DNA of 63,946 bases, the filler included, from Choristocarpus tenellus KU-1152 (taxonomy: Eukaryota > Protista > Phaeophyceae), in assembly GCA_964200185.2 (NCBI GenBank). It is 13 parts of 13 records of this genome, joined end to end, with 100 filler letters (N's around TTAATTAATTAA, not from the genome) between each part and the next. Parts side by side here need not be neighbours in the genome. Positions count along the whole stretch, not along the records: positions 1 to 5,134 come from CAXNAD020011764.1; positions 5,235 to 9,590 come from CAXNAD020014942.1; positions 9,691 to 13,994 come from CAXNAD020015201.1; 10 more parts are not named here. One strand, 5' to 3'. Positions 1 to 12,245 of the stretch are shown here, piece after piece. A model generated the notes under the pieces. The model did not search any database. It was not told the origin of the DNA and worked only from the letters and a program-made list of their open reading frames with translations. Within the stretch, counting starts at the first letter, position 1, and every line of letters begins with the position of its first letter. A program made the translations under genes and the position numbers.

Positions 1-1849
1 GATAGGGCGAGTGGGGGGGGGGGTGTGAAGGCGGGGTTGGGACAATTGCTTGGACGGGGGGGGGTGGGAGATGGCGCTGCTGTCCCAAAGGAAAAAGTTG
101 ATGGGGTGGAGACCATTGTGGTGGGGGGTGGGGATGCAAGCAAAGCAGACAAGGGGAATAAGGAGGTAGAGGAGGCAACACTGGGAGTGGGTAAGGGTCA
201 GTCAAAGGAAATGGAAGGTTATGACTACATCTTGCAGCACAGGGGAGACAACGGGGACACCATAGAGGCTGAAGCACGGGCTACGATGAGGTGTGCATTC
301 CCTCCTCTCCAGATTTCCAACCCACAATATTTGTATGTTGCTCTTTACTGCCCTCCTTTACTGCCCTCCATTTTCTCCTGGTTTTCCTTTTGCTGCCTGC
401 TTGCCTCTGTCTATTTGACCTGATTGATTGTTGCCTTTGCTCGTCACACCATACTCCAGAGGCGTTTTACACTCTCTGCGGTGTCTTTTTGGGAACTTGT
501 TGGAGGATACAGATTACCTTGTTCGATATTATTTGTAATTTTCTCTTACATTCTCTTCAACAGAGGCTACTGTAGATAGTTTCTTTTCACTGTGGCACGC
601 ACGCATACTATTGCTCTGAAGGCTGTGCATTGAATGATCTGGGGTACAGTGTGTGATGTTTAATGTCGCTCCAATATGCATATGGACTTGATCTAGTACC
701 TCTCGAACTTGCCAAGAACATGTTTTTTTTTTCTGTACACTTGAAGATGGACATTGCTGTATATTGGTTGATTTTAATATGATTACACTGTGATCCTGAA
801 TGTTCCTGATCCTGACGGGTGCTTGCTGATTACGGTCCACTCTGATCGTGTGTGGATGTTGGTTCTGCTGTCAATTGATATGATCTGTGCGGGCACTTGG
901 GTACTTTTCCTGGGGGGGGGGATAAAAACCAGGGAGGCCCCAGAAGGGAAGGAGGCGTGGGATATTTATGAAGCCATTGCTGCAGAGGCTGTGGTAAATG
1001 CAGATGAATAGACCGTTTTGATGGCTGTGGACATACTGCATCTGAGGCTATTGGATGTGGGGTTGACAGTGTTTGACTTGAGGGGTGGGGTGGGTGAGGG
1101 ATTGGGGTGGTATGTGCTATGAGGGCCAAGGGAGTGATAATGGGAGGTGACTCTTGGATGCCATGCCAACGTGTGTGTATCTGTGAGGGGAGGAGAGGTG
1201 GGGTTTGAATTTATCCTCTTGTTATTGTAGGGTTGAGGAAGACAGTGGTTGCCACCCTTGTGTATATGCTAAGGTTTGTTGGTTCTGAGGTTGAGCAATT
1301 TTGTGGTATCTTTGTGTACCAGGTACAGAGGAGGACAGTAGTAGCACAAGACAGGGTGCAATGAAGGATTGCTTCCATGGACTTTATTCCACAGAGCTTT
1401 CTTTTGCACCTTGCTTGTACTGATGAATGCCAACCACAGTTGGCAGTTGGGCATAGTGCTCTTGGAATGATTTGAGGAAATGAGCTACTTGTAGAAGTGT
1501 ACCTATTCTTCCCTCTTTTTTTCTGTGCGTATTGAAGCAGCTCTCATTGAAAGTCATATCTGAGTTAGACTATCTCCACAACATTCCAGGATATAGAGTG
1601 ACTGATGGAGAGGTGACTATTAATAATGTCGTTGTTATGAGGTTGGTTGGTGCGTTGAAACCTGTAAGTATTGGTCATTATCCAGGATCAAGAGGAGGCC
1701 AGCAAACCCTCAGCATTACATTAACGAAATTTCTGAATCTTTTCACTTCATTTGTTGTTGGTGTGGTGTGGTCCAAGCAAAGCACATCAAAGTGAATTTT
1801 CAGTTGATTTGTGAGAGGGCAAGGGTTTCAAGCCCCCCCCCCCCTACCC

Positions 1850-3450
1850 TTGTCTGTTCGGTGTATGTACTCCATGAGGGCGAGTGAGCTAGAAGAAAGC
1901 TCCCCATGCCGCCTCTTGTCACAGTATGATAAGTGCCTGCTGTATATTATAATACTGCTTGCATAGGAAGCATGCTGATGGTGCTCCTTCATGCATCAGG
2001 AACACAGAATGCTGTGTTCTTAGTTGGGAGTAAGCACGTTAATTAATACTGAGTACATGATGTACATCGCTATAGACTGAGCATTGTCCTACTTGGTTGT
2101 TGAGAGATGATCCACAAGCTACTCTTTCTTAGTCGTTCATGCCATCGTTGTATCCTTTCTTGGATACCTGCAAGCAACAGCTTTCTTTTTCTTCCCTTTT
2201 TCATGCCGTTGATAATGGTTGTCAAACCACGAAAAGGAGAACTACTAGAGGAGTTGCATCATTGTCCCGGTTGAGCAATCCGTTGATATTTGTTTCTCCT
2301 GTGGGACATGCACTACCTGTATCTTCCGAGACGCAGGCATTGAATATCATTGGGTGGATATGGCTCTTTTCTTGCATTGAGATAACTTCCCAACACAGCA
2401 CCCACCCACCTCCTGCTGATTGTACTTGCATGCTACATGATCCGTTTTCTTCTTAAAGTTGTCACCTTTTCAAGTCAGTGGCCATTACTACGGTGATTGG
2501 GTGCAGTTTTAATAGTACTAATGGTATCGCAGTGTTCTCAGTTCGATCATGTATGGTGCTGTCCCCATAGGTCAGTGGTTGAAAGATCTATGTTCCCATG
2601 CAGGAATACGTGGGTTTGAACGCTCTCAACACCCAGACATTTTTTCATGGAAATATGGTTTTGATCATCCAAGCCCATACTGCAAGCACTATGGGCGGTG
2701 CATCTACCTGCTCTGTTGAGCCTTGTTGCTATACCAAAAAACTGAGCCAAAGTAAGCAAGAGGTACCTCTCAGGTTGCACTTTTAGGATGTAAGGAATTT
2801 TCTTCAGAAGATAAAAAAAAAACTGACATGAAATGCAACATGGTCAAAACCTGGGTAACTCTCGTTCACTTTGCCTCAGTAGTACAATGGTAAAGTAGTA
2901 GAGCTCCATTCTGCTCTGAGAGAAGGCAGAAAATGTCAATCGACTCTTAACAATTTACAACAAAGTACACAGCAGCTGGTGAATTTCCCACCCCTTCAGG
3001 GTCTGCATTTGGGCGGTTTTAACTTCACAGTAAAAATCCTTCACCCAACACAATCCACACCCAGGGACTAACACCATAAAAAAAAGTATTGATAACAAAA
3101 TTAGGATCCTTCGAATGGTGTGTCCATGAGAAGTGTTGCAGTGGCAAATCATGAGAGGCAGGAATTCCTATTACCGATAAGAACTTTCCTCACATGACAT
3201 AATTAATGCAAACCTCACTTCAGATAACCATGCTCAACACCAGTCTTGCCCTAGAACACTTGGTCGAATCCAGGCAGAAATATTCGCTGTCCAGGACATT
3301 TGGGGCCACCACTCACAAGTTATATATTAACAGCCTCGTGGGGAGCAACTGTTTGCTGGATAATGAGTACTGACTGCAGTACAACATTTGAGGCCTTACG
3401 GTTTGTAAGGTTCTCGAGATGATACTTTGCTGAGCGTACAACCCTAAAGT
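1850..3450 (-). mobile_element. Heavily decayed Ty1/Copia-like LTR retrotransposon remnant (gag knuckle to integrase/RT)
   Basis: Minus-strand fragments in Copia order: CVEHGYLK (degenerate zinc knuckle, ~3215-3245), TTDLWGQ (cf. integrase HxDLWGP, ~2560-2580), KTAPNHRSNG..EKVTTL (cf. TAPxTPQQNGxAERxNRTL, ~2455-2510). Many stops and frameshifts; boundaries approximate. Confidence 0.4.
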
Positions 3451-3713
3451 GGTTATTCTGTTATAGTTGAGTGTTGCTTTGTCTGAGCTGTGTGTGAATT
3501 AAGGCACCATCTTCCTATAAAACCACAGGAATACATATTTTTTTTTGTGCAGTGTCAGCCTGCAGCTTTGTTTTCCCCAAACTAGGCAAACACACACTGT
3601 ACCTGCACTAGCACCCCACATGCCCCAACTTCACCCCACAGTGTGACTGTTGTGTGCGTCCAAATAGAGGGTAAACAGGGAATGCAAACAACACACATAC
3701 ATTGTGTGTAGCT

Positions 3714-3886
3714 GGGTCAAAGTATCTGGGGGGGGTGGCGGTTGTACATTTGGGGCCAATTTTTTCATGTCGCGATTTTTAGGTGATTTGGTTCCACACG
3801 TTGGATGGATAATGAAAGGGCACTTTTCCTGGTTTTGGTCCAAATGGACACTCTGGTATAGACCCCCCCCCCAGATACTTTGGGTC
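3714..3886 (+). mobile_element. MITE family B, complete copy
   Basis: TIRs GGGTCAAAGTATCTGGGGGG / CCCCCCAGATACTTTGGGTC; flanked by 4-bp duplication AGCT (3710-3713, 3887-3890); homologous copies elsewhere in the window. Confidence 0.9.
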
Positions 3887-4855
3887 AGCTTCAGGATTGT
3901 CTCCAATGCATACCTTGATTTCACAACATTGATCTATAATACGTAGTATTTCTCAAATCAAGGAAGGAGCATTACCTAACTATACATGCATTTTCGGTAC
4001 AACTCATACACAATCTAGTAAATATTCTAGTAAACAGTACCAGCAGCAGTAATCATTTTAAAACAAAAGCCAAGTAATTATTATGTGTTATTTTGTCAGG
4101 AAATCAGCTTTGGTGGGCACCATCCCAAGCAGGGCCCACCATAACGTCAAACTCTAAGAAATCACGAAAAACCCACAATGAGGCAACCCTCCCCCAAAAC
4201 GGAAATGCAATTCCTACACTTCTGTATGTATGACAAAAAGAAAAGCTGCCATTTTGCCTCCCTCTTCCCTTCCCACACACTCTCTGTGCCTCTCATCTAT
4301 TGACATTCCACACAAAATGGTCGGAATTAACCAGCTCAAGCTGGGTAAGGGTGACTTCAGTCACACTTTCCTGCACATTGTGTCATGGGGAACCCTTTAC
4401 AAAAAAGAAGGCAATTGCGCTTGAGATCCTGCTGCTTGAATGACACACCTCTACAAATAAAAAAAATGATTGTGAGGATAAGGTGTCGACCTGAGCTCAC
4501 CATTTTGTAGCAGGCAGAGGTACGTGTACTATGGAAGCAGGTGACAAATGAGCAGGTGGCTCCAAAACTAACCAACTGAAAATCACATGCCAACACAGCT
4601 ACAAAATGTGATGGTGGGAAAAGGGAAGGCAAGCAATACCAGAGGTATTACTCCTCAAAAGGTGTGAAAACACATCGCAGAAATGAACACAAGCAGCATT
4701 AGCACCCATTCCTCACTAGGCCATCAGGTGTGGGGAAGGTTTTACCAGGCAAGGGTTTCGTGGTAGATCAGCGTGATGAAGAGATTGAATAGTATACTGT
4801 CTCTTGATACTTGTGAATCAGAAGGCGATTATACAGACATATCAGGGGGAGAAGC

Positions 4856-5034
4856 TCAGCCAAATGCCTTGTCCAGCTCATCATCTTGCAGCAAGTTCAC
4901 TTTGGGGCCTGAGCCCCCAACAGCAGGTGGGTTGGCGACAGAGCCCTCAGTGAGGCTGTCCAGGAACGCCTCAAGGTCAGAGTCGTTAGATTTGGATGAA
5001 GCAGCAGCAGTTGTGGAAGATGCACCAGGTGCAA
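4856..5034 (-). CDS. Probable terminal coding exon of an unknown gene (…APGASSTT…DLEAFLDSL…LLQDDELDKAFG*)
   Basis: CTAG acceptor at 5035-5038 (minus), open frame to TGA at 4856, acidic helical peptide; upstream exons lost at the contig end. Confidence 0.35.
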
Positions 5035-5134
5035 CTAGATTGTTTACACGACAAAAATGTGTGTCCAATCCAATCAGTATAGGCATGAAAGAGGGTGGGG
5101 GGTGGGGGGTGGGGGGTCTCAGATGTGTGAATTC

Positions 5135-5234
5135 NNNNNNNNNNNNNNNNNNNNNNNNNNNNNNNNNNNNNNNNNNNNTTAATTAATTAANNNNNNNNNN
5201 NNNNNNNNNNNNNNNNNNNNNNNNNNNNNNNNNN
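5135..5234. other. Artificial contig spacer N44-TTAATTAATTAA-N44 (first of 12)
   Basis: Identical 100-bp spacers at 5135, 9591, 13995, 23412, 26813, 31617, 36609, 40569, 44133, 49615, 53029 and 61295; TTAATTAATTAA places stops in all six frames. Confidence 0.98.
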
Positions 5235-5274
5235 GAGTGGGTTTGAGTGGGGTTGAAGGGTGGGGTGGTGACCG

Positions 5275-5640
5275 GAGATCAGTGGCGAAAGGGGTCACAC
5301 TGGTTGGTCATCAGATAGGGGGGGTGACTGGAAATCAGTGACGAAGGGGTCGCACTGGTTGGTCATTGGATGTTGGGGGTGACTGGAAATCAGTGGCAAA
5401 GGGGGTTCGCCCTGGTTGGTCATCAGAGGTGGGCGTTGGCTGGAAATCAGTGGCGAAAGGGGTTCGCATTGGTTGGTCATCACAAGGGGGGGGATGACTG
5501 GAAATCAGCGGCAACAGCAACGAAGAGGTTGCACTGGTTGGTCGCAAGTGGTGGTATAATGGGAAGGAAGGGGGGAATGGGTGGAATGTAAACATAGAAT
5601 AAAAATAATAATCCAGAATTCGTCAGCAAAACAAATAGAT
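5275..5640 (+). repeat. Dispersed repeat family C: ~57-bp tandem array plus conserved AT-rich flank
   Basis: About 4-5 units of GTGACTGGAAATCAGTGGCGAAGGGGTCGCACTGGTTGGTCATC… followed by …ATAGAATAAAAATAATAATCCAGAATTCGTCAGCAAAACAAATA; same arrangement at 44233-44800 and, reversed, at ~12965-13105. Confidence 0.8.
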
Positions 5641-6139
5641 AATTTCTTTCTATATTATAATATATTGTTTTATGTAGACTATTAAAAATGCGAATGAATA
5701 CACATTGTTCAGTGCTTGAGGTGATTTGTGAACCATTTGTGGTTATGTCTCACATCCACACTCCACTCGTCGTCAACACTCATCACTCCTATTTGAACTG
5801 TGAACACCACGAAGTTCAGTGAACACAAACCTTAACCCTGAGAGGATAGACGTTGGGTACAGAGGATTGAGTTGCAACTAGCACCAAGAGGGATACTGCA
5901 AATAGTGATAGTGCCAGTGACGGAGACGAAGATAGCGACAATATTAGGGAGCAGAGTATTAGTGGAGTGATGACAATAGTGGTTGCGACACTGGCAACAA
6001 TGCATCAAGAGGATGTCCAGACCAGGCTAGGTCAATAGCTTCATCCGCTGAGTCAACTCTGCGAAGTGTTGAGTCTGGCGCATCTGCTGACAGTACAATC
6101 AGGCAGTCCTCTGTGCTTAGGAATCAGCGAAAGGTATCT

Positions 6140-6300
6140 GCGTGCGCTAAAAAGCGCCATGTTGTTGCAGATATTATTGGGGATCATGAGAGACCCAATA
6201 GTGAGGTGTCTCCGATCTTACACTTCTTCAAAATCACGGAGAACACCAAAGGCCCCCACAAAATTCACAGTTGGACTTGTACAACCTGTAGTGGACATGA
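6140..6300 (+). mobile_element. BED zinc-finger-like fragment, possible hAT transposase remnant
   Basis: SPILHFFKITE…HSWTCTTC resembles the BED finger N-half (SxVWxHF…CxxC), preceded by a decayed acidic low-complexity tract. Confidence 0.3.
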
Positions 6301-7943
6301 TCCAGACATGCCAGAAAAAAAAATGAACTGGCGAGCAGGCCATGGTCTGGACAGACAAGAGAAAAAGTTATAGACTGTCCGGTTGGTAGGCATGCACCAC
6401 TGCAATACCATACGGACATGATCCAGACATGGACCAGTCCAGACAACGGATATACTTTTTTTTATTTGCTAGTCCAGTGAAAAATATTACAATTTTATCG
6501 CTTACTATTATTGTACTATATTATTTGTATGTACGAAGCACCACAAGCAGATATTGGATAGGAACATAGGATTCAACAAGGAAGTGTTACCCAATAAAAG
6601 GGAGTATTGATAGATGAATAAGAAATATCTAGGGTACTCCTTCCTGTGGTACTACCACTCAATATCTCACATCATACAACAAGCAGCGGTACTATCCGCA
6701 AGAGGATGGAATTAAAAATCCCAAAATGTAACATAAATAGTGCGCTTTGAGTCAAAATCGGATATCCGTGGCACCTCAACCCAAGGCTACCTTAACACCA
6801 CACCAATTGAGACACAAAACATCAAGCAACAACAAAATATTTTACCTAATACAGGCACTGTCAGAAGCTTGTTGCCACTTTCGTGTCGGCGACCTCATAG
6901 TTGCTTAACATAGATCTCTCTCAGTCCATCTAGTCAAAACAACATCATCTTCCCTTTCGAACTCGTGGGTCAATACAAAAACTCCAAATCGGACCAAAAA
7001 TCAGCTACTATTCACAACAAATGAAAGTCATGGACATTTGCCTTTTGCCAATTAGTTATGTATCCAAGACTTTTGTCGTATCTATCCGATTTTGGTCCAA
7101 CCAACCCCTGACAAAATCTTTTCAAAGTGGAGCAGAACTAATGCCCAGCATTTTTACTATTGATCCCTTTGCACAATCAGCACCAAATACAGTGTGTGTT
7201 ATCTCATTTATGCAGTGTCATTTTGAACACTACTTTCTAATTACTATTCAACAATAGTAGAAGAGTAGTAGTAGTAGTACCCTCTCCGCAGTGCCATCTA
7301 AGGGCCTACAAAACTTGCATCAAGAACAAGTACACAACAAAAACCTTGGACGTACTACTTGATCTTGATGGCTCTTTAATGCTAACTGCTCATCAATATC
7401 GTGTGTGATAATCAACATCTTCGTTTGTGTAGATACTTCTCTCGAAAGTGCTCAAGACTACTCTATTAACCCTAGCCCTAATGAGAGACCAGCACGGTAC
7501 CACACTCGAATAATGACTTCAAAACGGCAAAAAAAAGCCTCCCACAACCCACAAAATTGCATACAAGTTCTTAGAAATATAAAAAAAATGCGGACTTAAA
7601 CAGGCAGGAGAGTAGACTCCTCAAACTATGTGTTTGAAGTGGGAAAACCCTCCCGAGCCCACCACAAGTGTGCGACAGTCAAATAAAACCTTCCACAACC
7701 CACAAACTGATCACAAATTCTTGGAAATATTTCCCCACAAGCCTTACCTTAATCAGTAGTTACACCAGTCCTCATCAAGACCTCTACCGCGGTGTCCATG
7801 AGGAAAGCATATATACCATCCCAGCCCCAGAGTGCAGCATAGCAATGCAACCCTCTCTTACGTTTTATCACTTTTGTATATATATTTATATAGTTAAATC
7901 TAGCCTCCACACTACACCTCTCCACCCCACATGTGGAGTTAAA

Positions 7944-9069
7944 TTAAAGCTCCCCAACACCCAGCATGTGTAAGCCCCTGTTGTCCGCTGCCTTGTATTC
8001 CGCATGATCTACCTTCCACTTCCTCCACGATTCAGATCGATGCAGACGCAACACATTGTTCGACTTTCCCCCTTGCCCTCCTCGTCCCTCACTGCCAGTC
8101 TTCGCCTTGAGGCGTTCGTGTTCGACAAGAAGAGACCGGTAATGGACCTCTGCAGCATGCACCCGCTTAGACAAGTGCTTGATGTTGTACCACAGGATGG
8201 CCACCGGAGCAACCACACGTAGCAGGCCCCACAAAACAAACACCACCCAGAAAGACACCCCACCCCCCGACCACCCCTCGGGCCACCGCCACGTAGCATA
8301 ACTCAACAGCTGCGTGTACACGACAGCTACGCACACTAGGATTCCCACCGGGAATCGAAACCCCCGACGGCAGAAGATGGTCCAGGCATACAACAGACAG
8401 GCCGGACCTAGCACCAGCGCAACCGCAATCCCCGTCGCAAGAACAAACCCATCGCCTTGGACATAACGCGGATCACCCCGCCCTATGGCTCTCCAGAGTC
8501 CCGTCAACCACACCGCCTCTTCGTTGTCCGCGAGCCAGCCGCTGAAGAGAATGTAACCACCGTCAAAGAGAACCGAAAGCGCCGCCATCACAAAGGCCCA
8601 CGTCATCGCCCACCCTTCTGACCGGGTGAGCCTCACGCGCTGACGCACGCAGCCCATATCGAGCAAAACGCCACGGGACTTCAGCGAGACGAGCGCAACG
8701 CCGGCCACCATGATGGTGGTGACCGCGCTCAGTACGCCGCTCAAGACCAGCATGGTCTTAACACGAGTCTGCACTTCTACAAGGCTGAGCCCCCCGACGT
8801 CCAGAAGGTCCCACGACTCCTTGATTCTATGGTTGGTTCTTGAGGATTCCACCAGTGATACCACGGCCAAAGAGAGATAGAGGAAGCCGGCAGGGGTGAG
8901 CGCACCTATGTGCAAGTTGAAGGCTTCGACGCGATTGCTAGCGCCTGCCCAAGCGCCCATCACGCTGCCAAGCAGGAGAACATAGCCCCCCATGAGAGTG
9001 AGGTACATTATGGTGATGCTCGTGGTGAGGCTGAGGGACAAGGCGTAGAACAAAGAGTAGCCCCCGTAA
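7944..9069 (-). CDS. Large terminal exon of a multipass membrane protein with C-terminal EXPERA/EBP-like domain
   Basis: Polypyrimidine tract and CAG acceptor ending at 9070; long GC-rich open frame to TAA at 7944; several hydrophobic helices; LWRAIGRGDPRYVQGDGFVL and LVLGPACLLYAW match the EBP-family W..Y..aDxRY…GP pattern. Candidate upstream exon near 9192-9272 with unresolved phase. Confidence 0.75.
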
Positions 9070-9448
9070 CTGGTGGGGTGGATGAGGACAGGGAGGGGCA
9101 AAAGGGGGAAAAGAAAGGGTCGGGAGGGAGACGTTAAGAAAAATTTCAAGTACCTTGGGTGTGTGTGTCATGTGGACAGCAGCGCATCACCTTGTTGCTG
9201 CACAGAGCGTGAAAGACGTTAAATATCTTCCTCGGGCTGTACTCCGGAACGCTCATTAAGGTATACATCACCTGGCAGAACAAACAAGATACGCTACACA
9301 CTCAAGACTTCCGCCTTACGCACAAGAAAGGTCGAGAAGCCAAGAGACTCGACCCGTGCCTTCAATTTGAACACTCTCTGATTACTAGTAGTATGGACGC
9401 ACCAACAGCACCAGAAAATCAACACGTGTCACAGAGCACTACACAGTG

Positions 9449-9584
9449 ACCCCCACCTTTCCAAAAATCGTGACATGAAAAAGTTGACCTCAAAAGGATA
9501 GCCGCCGCTCCCCCCTAGATACTTTGAGCCACTGTCAAAAACAGACGCTGGCACCCTCCCCCCCCCCCCTTGATACTTTGACCC
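9449..9584 (-). mobile_element. MITE family B partial copy with duplicated terminus
   Basis: Family B body ending …AGATACTTTGAGCC (9530), then GTCAAAAACAGACGCTGGCACCC-C-run-GATACTTTGACCC (9584). Confidence 0.75.
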
Positions 9585-10592
9585 ATACCCNNNNNNNNNN
9601 NNNNNNNNNNNNNNNNNNNNNNNNNNNNNNNNNNTTAATTAATTAANNNNNNNNNNNNNNNNNNNNNNNNNNNNNNNNNNNNNNNNNNNNCGAAACGGAC
9701 GCCCCCTCACAAACCACGCCCCCCCCCGGATACTTTGACCCTCGATCAGTTGCTGCTATGTAACACACGCCAGTTCATTCCATCCATTCGTGTCCATGAT
9801 TGAAAACAAGAAATATTAAATGGGTAGCCCGTCAATGCAACCAACTGTTACAAAATTCTCTACAAGCTTTTTTCCGTGATGGGATATGCAGCTCCAATCC
9901 ATAAGAATGTATGTGGACCGTGAATCTCGTACAAGGTTCCATGATGCACACGGCCATCAAGTATGCTGGATCTCTCACTTCGATTATTCACTTCATAAGT
10001 GTCATCATTATCGTATAAAAGAAACTGGGAACGATTTATGACCTCTATGGGGCATAATAATGTCTAAAAAATGAAAATGTCAAGTACAAAAATATAGAAT
10101 CGACTACGTTAAGGCCATAATGGCATTATGGAACCACCATCAAGACATATCGCCTGTATCACAACTGTTGTGTCTCAAATGGAATCACAAGAGAAAAAAT
10201 TAGACTATACAAGGTGAGAATAAACACAAATAGTGTTCCTCTTCTTCCACATGATTTATCTCCTCAATACTTGAGAAAGTGTACTCGAGTTGGGTAATAA
10301 CAAATGTCGAAGGCTAAACACCTGATGTCCAGAGAACAATCTACATATGAAATGAGGTGGTGAGGGAATTTGTATTTGAATGTACTGGGCTGTTTGAAAT
10401 TGTGTGGTGGCATATCAAAGTCATACACATACCACAAAAACAATCATGAGGAGACAGGAGAATGTTTTTTAACACTTACTAATTTCCCACTGACACTAAA
10501 TGCACCCCTCTCTACACAAAAAAAAATGCACCCTACAATTTCTTCTATCATACTGACAATGTGATGTTTTGCTTGCCATAGTCAACAGTTGC

Positions 10593-12245
10593 TTATACAG
10601 TGATTTGGCAGGTTCTTGCTGTCGCGTTGGTAAGTGGTGCCACCACCGCGCCATGGTTAGATCTCACATATGAAGGAAAGACGCGTCCTTTTGTCAGCCG
10701 AGAGAAATTTAAAGCACCTCCTCTCTGTGCCCCCGGTATTTTTCTGGTACTCCTATCAGTTAGGCTGAATGGTATTCGGTCGTCATCACTGGTGGCTCTG
10801 AGACCTTGCATTGGTGTCAGCCACATGTTCCTGGTCGAAGTGGCGAGGTTCAAGCCTGGCCAGCAGAAGCCAAGTTCGGCGGCCTCGTAACGTAGTCGGT
10901 CCCATCCATATCTCTTCCCCGCGTCCTTAATCACTTCAACACTTATTTCGTTTTCTTTGTCGTGTTCTACGAAGATACGTAGGATTCCTGACTCGCTGTC
11001 CCCTCTCCTGTTCTGGTCCGTGGGGACGTATAGTCTGTCAATAAGCTCGTAGGGGTTGTACATATCCACGGGGCTGTTGTTTGGGACTAGCGATCCGAAA
11101 ATAGCAACAGTTGACAAAGCAAGCAAGAATATCCCGAAGACAACTGTAGAATATCTCACTTCCACACCGGCCTCGATGTTCTCAACATCGTCCAAGTGCT
11201 CAACAGCATCCGTAAAATTGCCAGGGTGCTCACCAAAGGGAGAAATACGGACTCCTTGGGGATAGTTTTGGTTCTTCCAGCTCCAATAAGTGAGCAATTT
11301 GAAACAATCGCCACCCATCGTTTCATCGCTTCCATCTGATTTCACACCATTCACGATCCCCGTCACAATCGCTTCGACCAGACGGTAACTGGACGAGATA
11401 TAGAAGATGGGATGTAACGTTGTGGACTCCCAACCCCGCCAGACAGAGTAGAGGAAGCTTGGGTAACTGGTATCCTCCTCAATTATCAGGTATGTGCCAC
11501 CATTGGGATCGTTGCTTCGGAGGAGGATAGTGGGGGGACTTTCGACTCCGGGTTTGGATGGCAAAGCCGGTCCATTTACACACTCAGTGACCTCGCCCCA
11601 ATGGTTGACATCGTCGCCCAGCAGAACTTTACCGCTCCTGATTGGTTCACCAGTGCAGTTTATTCCTTTGACAGAGTGTACCTCCCTGTTATAGTACAAC
11701 TCAGGAGCGCTTTCGCTTGAGAAGTTAGAGGACCACTGGGCAATGACTGTGTTCCCCACAATGATGTGATCACCAATCCTGTACAATCCTACCGCCTTAC
11801 CAATGCCGGACCGGTCCTCGAAGTTGCCCAAAGTTCTTCCCTCCTCAGCAGTATCGTTGTCCATACGAGTGATAACCCAATCATTATCCACACCCCCCTC
11901 AAGCACTGGGGGAGGGCGATTGAAGAGGTCTACCGGTCCATCCGTGAAAAAGGCTAGATCCACCGTTAGTTCCAACCCCAAGGACAACGCGGAAAACGTG
12001 GCTAGCATCAGAGTTGTGACTCGTGCAACCGCCCAATTTCCACGGTCTCCTAAAATCTCCGCTTGCAAAGAATAATTTGTGACTTCGATCGACTGCCGCC
12101 GATGTTTGATCGCCCACCACCCCACATTAGCCCTAATACGTTCAAGGGCCTTTGCTACCATAGGGTGGAGTATATATGCGATGAAGATGAAACACAAAAT
12201 TATAAATGTCGTGCCGTCGCCCACAGGCGGTCTGTAAACCCACAT
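10593..12245 (-). CDS. Intronless ~550-aa membrane protein of unknown function (2 N-terminal TMs, large luminal/extracellular domain, 1 C-proximal TM)
   Basis: Uninterrupted 1653-nt ORF from ATG 12245 (MWVYRPP…); hydrophobic segments FIILCFIFIAYIL, VTTLMLATFSALSLGLEL and VVFGIFLLALSTVAIFGSLV; NxS/T sequons (NDT, NFS, NCT, NFT) in the central loop. Confidence 0.8.
   Translation of the reverse strand: MWVYRPPVGDGTTFIILCFIFIAYILHPMVAKALERIRANVGWWAIKHRRQSIEVTNYSLQAEILGDRGNWAVARVTTLMLATFSALSLGLELTVDLAFFTDGPVDLFNRPPPVLEGGVDNDWVITRMDNDTAEEGRTLGNFEDRSGIGKAVGLYRIGDHIIVGNTVIAQWSSNFSSESAPELYYNREVHSVKGINCTGEPIRSGKVLLGDDVNHWGEVTECVNGPALPSKPGVESPPTILLRSNDPNGGTYLIIEEDTSYPSFLYSVWRGWESTTLHPIFYISSSYRLVEAIVTGIVNGVKSDGSDETMGGDCFKLLTYWSWKNQNYPQGVRISPFGEHPGNFTDAVEHLDDVENIEAGVEVRYSTVVFGIFLLALSTVAIFGSLVPNNSPVDMYNPYELIDRLYVPTDQNRRGDSESGILRIFVEHDKENEISVEVIKDAGKRYGWDRLRYEAAELGFCWPGLNLATSTRNMWLTPMQGLRATSDDDRIPFSLTDRSTRKIPGAQRGGALNFSRLTKGRVFPSYVRSNHGAVVAPLTNATARTCQITV

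Noticed and set aside
25-1800. Short ORFs at the window start
   Set aside because: No recognisable motif or consistent splice pattern; probably decayed TE sequence that I cannot assign.
5275-5545. 57-bp array as a possible CRISPR array
   Set aside because: Units are contiguous and degenerate with no unique spacers and no cas genes; eukaryotic context.
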